From Octopus sinensis (Eukaryota): a stretch of DNA of 64,000 nt. The translations under genes were made by a program, and so were the position numbers. The notes beneath the pieces were generated by a model. That model was not told the DNA's origin. It searched no databases and saw nothing but the letters and a program-made list of their open reading frames with translations. The stretch is taken from assembly GCF_006345805.1 (NCBI RefSeq), contig NC_043007.1, forward strand, positions 31,682,001-31,746,000, given 5' to 3'. Below, piece after piece: positions 61,272 to 64,000 of this stretch (its first letter is position 1; every line of letters starts with the position of its first letter).

Positions 61272-62984
61272 TATATTATTAACATATTCACAATAATATT
61301 GATCTCTATTATTAAACGAAATATCTCCTCCCCTTCACAACATTGTTGTCAATCCATCAACTTCCTTCTAACATATCTCTTTCGAAAGAGGATCCTTCCT
61401 CACAAAACAACAATCTGTTCTCTCCATAGTAAACATCCCATTGTATAAGGTTTTTTTTTTCTTAGTTTTTATTATCGAAGTTTCGTTTTCTCCCTTTAAA
61501 TATCTGATCATTGAAATCCCCCTAAAATAAGGAAGCATATATCGCTCTATGATGTTAGCTATGTCTACAAAAGCTTTAAGTAGTACCAATAACATGCAAG
61601 TTATATTTATATATATATATTTGGTTTATTAATCTATTCATTATAAACACAGTTTTACAAAGACATCAGAAAATTAAACAAATAATGGATATAAATTATG
61701 CATGAACGAAATAATTCATGCAGAGGTATTCATTTAGGATGGTTTACTTCGGAATTTGGGCGAATTTCTTGTAGTTTCTTTATGTCTATACACTCTGAAT
61801 GATATTTGTAGATTATCATTCTACAAATCCGTGGTTGCCCGTGTAAATACTATGGATCAATCAAGGCTTTATTATATTTCTTCTTTGTTGTTTAACCAGA
61901 CCTATGCTTAAAGGCATCCCAGCCATGACCAGTCCGTCTATTCAGAGTTATGTAGGACTACCTTGTATCTTTCTATAAGGCAGTAAGGGTGTGATCTAAG
62001 GTAGATTCGCCTTATATTTCCCCTAATTAAGACATAGGGATTCCTTATACATATCAGACTTAATTTCTATCGACTGCATTCTGTTAACATTTTGCATTCG
62101 GGAAGAGAAACCGAAAGCAAATGTTTGTTGTGGTGTGAGATGAAGTGGATGTCTGTTTGAAGCTGTTTATTCCTCTTTGTTTTGATACAATAATCATTCA
62201 GCTTCGATCAGTTATTATCAGCCACGGAAGCTGACAAAAGGAAGAATGTGGAGATTATAAGCTGGCTTATTCGTCTACTGTAATTTTATTTGTTCTTTCT
62301 GCGGAAAGTGTCCTATGATCAAATGGAATATTGACTCCATAAAAACCTGTCAGATGATGCTTTTTACTCCTGATGTGTGTGGAGGGGAGTTATAATTGCC
62401 GTGCTCGGGATAATGAAGCCCCCATTTGCCAATAATCCATTAATCAGATAATATTGCTTCACAGCTGTCAGTCGCTAACCTGTTACCATCGTCAAAGAGT
62501 CCCGTAATTCTGTTAGAATGTGGGACACTGCTGAAGAATTGGTTTTCGTGTAGAATTACGAGAGATTACATTGGTGTGGTTCCTCCAAGTCAACCCTATA
62601 AGCTGTTGCAAATGCAAACCATTTGCACTTGGTTATATTTCTCTTGATTAACCAAGAATCGGTAAATTACAATAGTCAATACATAAACGCGTAGAGAATT
62701 CTTCAGTAACTAACTGAAAGACTCGTAATTGCAATTCTTTGAGTTCCACGTTTCCGCTCATTCCGTTGGTGATCCGAGCCAGCTTTTCTTTTGGAAATAT
62801 TTGCTGCTTGGATGTATTTTCGAAATATTATGTGAAAGCTATGAAGAAAATGCCTGTCTTTATATGTGTGTGTAAAGGATAGCATTTGGTGAATTATCCT
62901 CTCACTTTCGCTTCGATGAAACAACGGATGCTAATCGCCAGCTTGTTTACAATCATGACACGATGTCAAGACAAGGGTATCCCC

Positions 62985-63173
62985 TACACACACACACACA
63001 CACACATACATACATACATACATACGTATAAGTTTATCATGTCTAGATATGCAACTGTATGCATGAGATTGCATACGTGGAGCAAAACATACAAATCTGC
63101 ACACTTCATACATACATACATACATACATACATACAAACATGCATACATACATACATACATACATACACACAC

Positions 63174-63204
<31 letters not shown>

Positions 63205-63399
63205 TACATACATACAAACATGCATACATACATACATACACACATACATACATACATACATACATACATACATACATACATACATACATGCATGCATGCA
63301 TGCATGCATACATACATACATACACACACACACACATACATACATACATGCATGCATGCATGCATGCATACACACACACACATACATACATACATACAT

Positions 63400-63439
<40 letters not shown>

Positions 63440-63560
63440 ACATACATACATACATACATACATACATACATACATACATACATACATGCATGCATACATG
63501 CATACACACACACACACACACATACATACATACATACATACATACATACATACATGCATG
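62985..63560. repeat. Compound (CATA)n/(CA)n/(CATG)n microsatellite
   Basis: Direct inspection; explains the long HTYI/CMYV pseudo-ORFs. Confidence 0.97.
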
Positions 63561-64000
63561 AAATTTCAACATCACCAACAGGGTATTTTTGTATGTATGT
63601 ATGCATGCATGCACACCGGCACAAGTGCCAGTAAGGTGACGCTGAGCCCAACTAATGAGTGGAATGCAGATTCAGTATCAGGGGTCAGTTAAGGGTACAA
63701 ACAAATCTTGTAATTTATAAGCAGCACAGATATATATAACTCTTCATCTTGTTTGCATACATGTTGAATGGGAGAACATGTTCTAATATGCCCTGTTTAC
63801 CATGTAGGCATGGGTTGGACAGTTTTACAGGAGCTGGCAACCCAGAGAGCCACACTAGGCTCTAATTGTCTTAGCATGGTTTCAATGGCTGGATGCCCTT
63901 CCTACAGCCAACCACTTTACAGAGTGTACCAGGTGCTTTTTACATGGCCCCAGCACACTCATACAATAGTCTTTGTGTTTGTCCCCACTGCTTGGCAACT

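Noticed and set aside
62201-62283. CCDC167 exon 3 candidate (FDQLLSATEADKRKNVEIISWLIRLL*)
   Set aside because: Phase-compatible, but no resemblance to the expected continuation and it ends prematurely.
62886-63692. Six long ORFs (113-268 aa) of HTYI/CMYV repeats
   Set aside because: They are translations of a (CATA)n/(CA)n microsatellite that lacks stops in these frames.

Overview
Eukaryotic, AT-rich, intron-rich genomic DNA; the repeat families and gene architecture point to an octopus (coleoid cephalopod), inferred and not verified. I reconstructed spliced genes by hand, since the ORF track is mostly spurious. (1) 3' part of beta-spectrin (+, 158-11886): last spectrin repeat, a variable linker of cassette exons, and the PH domain, with several candidate alternative terminal exons that would give PH-less isoforms. 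(2) Complete GINS1/PSF1 (-, 7 exons, 44156 to 24619, 195 aa). (3) RRP36 (+, 44424-57261, about 219 aa), head-to-head with GINS1 (267 bp between ATGs), with an ATG-only first coding exon and a 16-nt micro-exon. (4) First two coding exons of a probable CCDC167 (+, 60572-60798), which need a GC-AG intron. Introns and intergenic DNA from about 15 kb onward are saturated with mobile elements: at least four SINE families, RTE fragments, a 2.5-kb Tx1/L1-type LINE abutting an (ATCT)n array, a 3.5-kb internally deleted Helitron plus three short Helitrons, mariner remnants and TTAA-flanked MITEs. The spectrin region is almost TE-free. No CRISPR, rRNA or intact tRNA genes were seen. No clearly new biological system is demonstrated; the best leads are the spectrin C-terminal splicing module, dsRNA hairpins and the Helitron/mariner nest.
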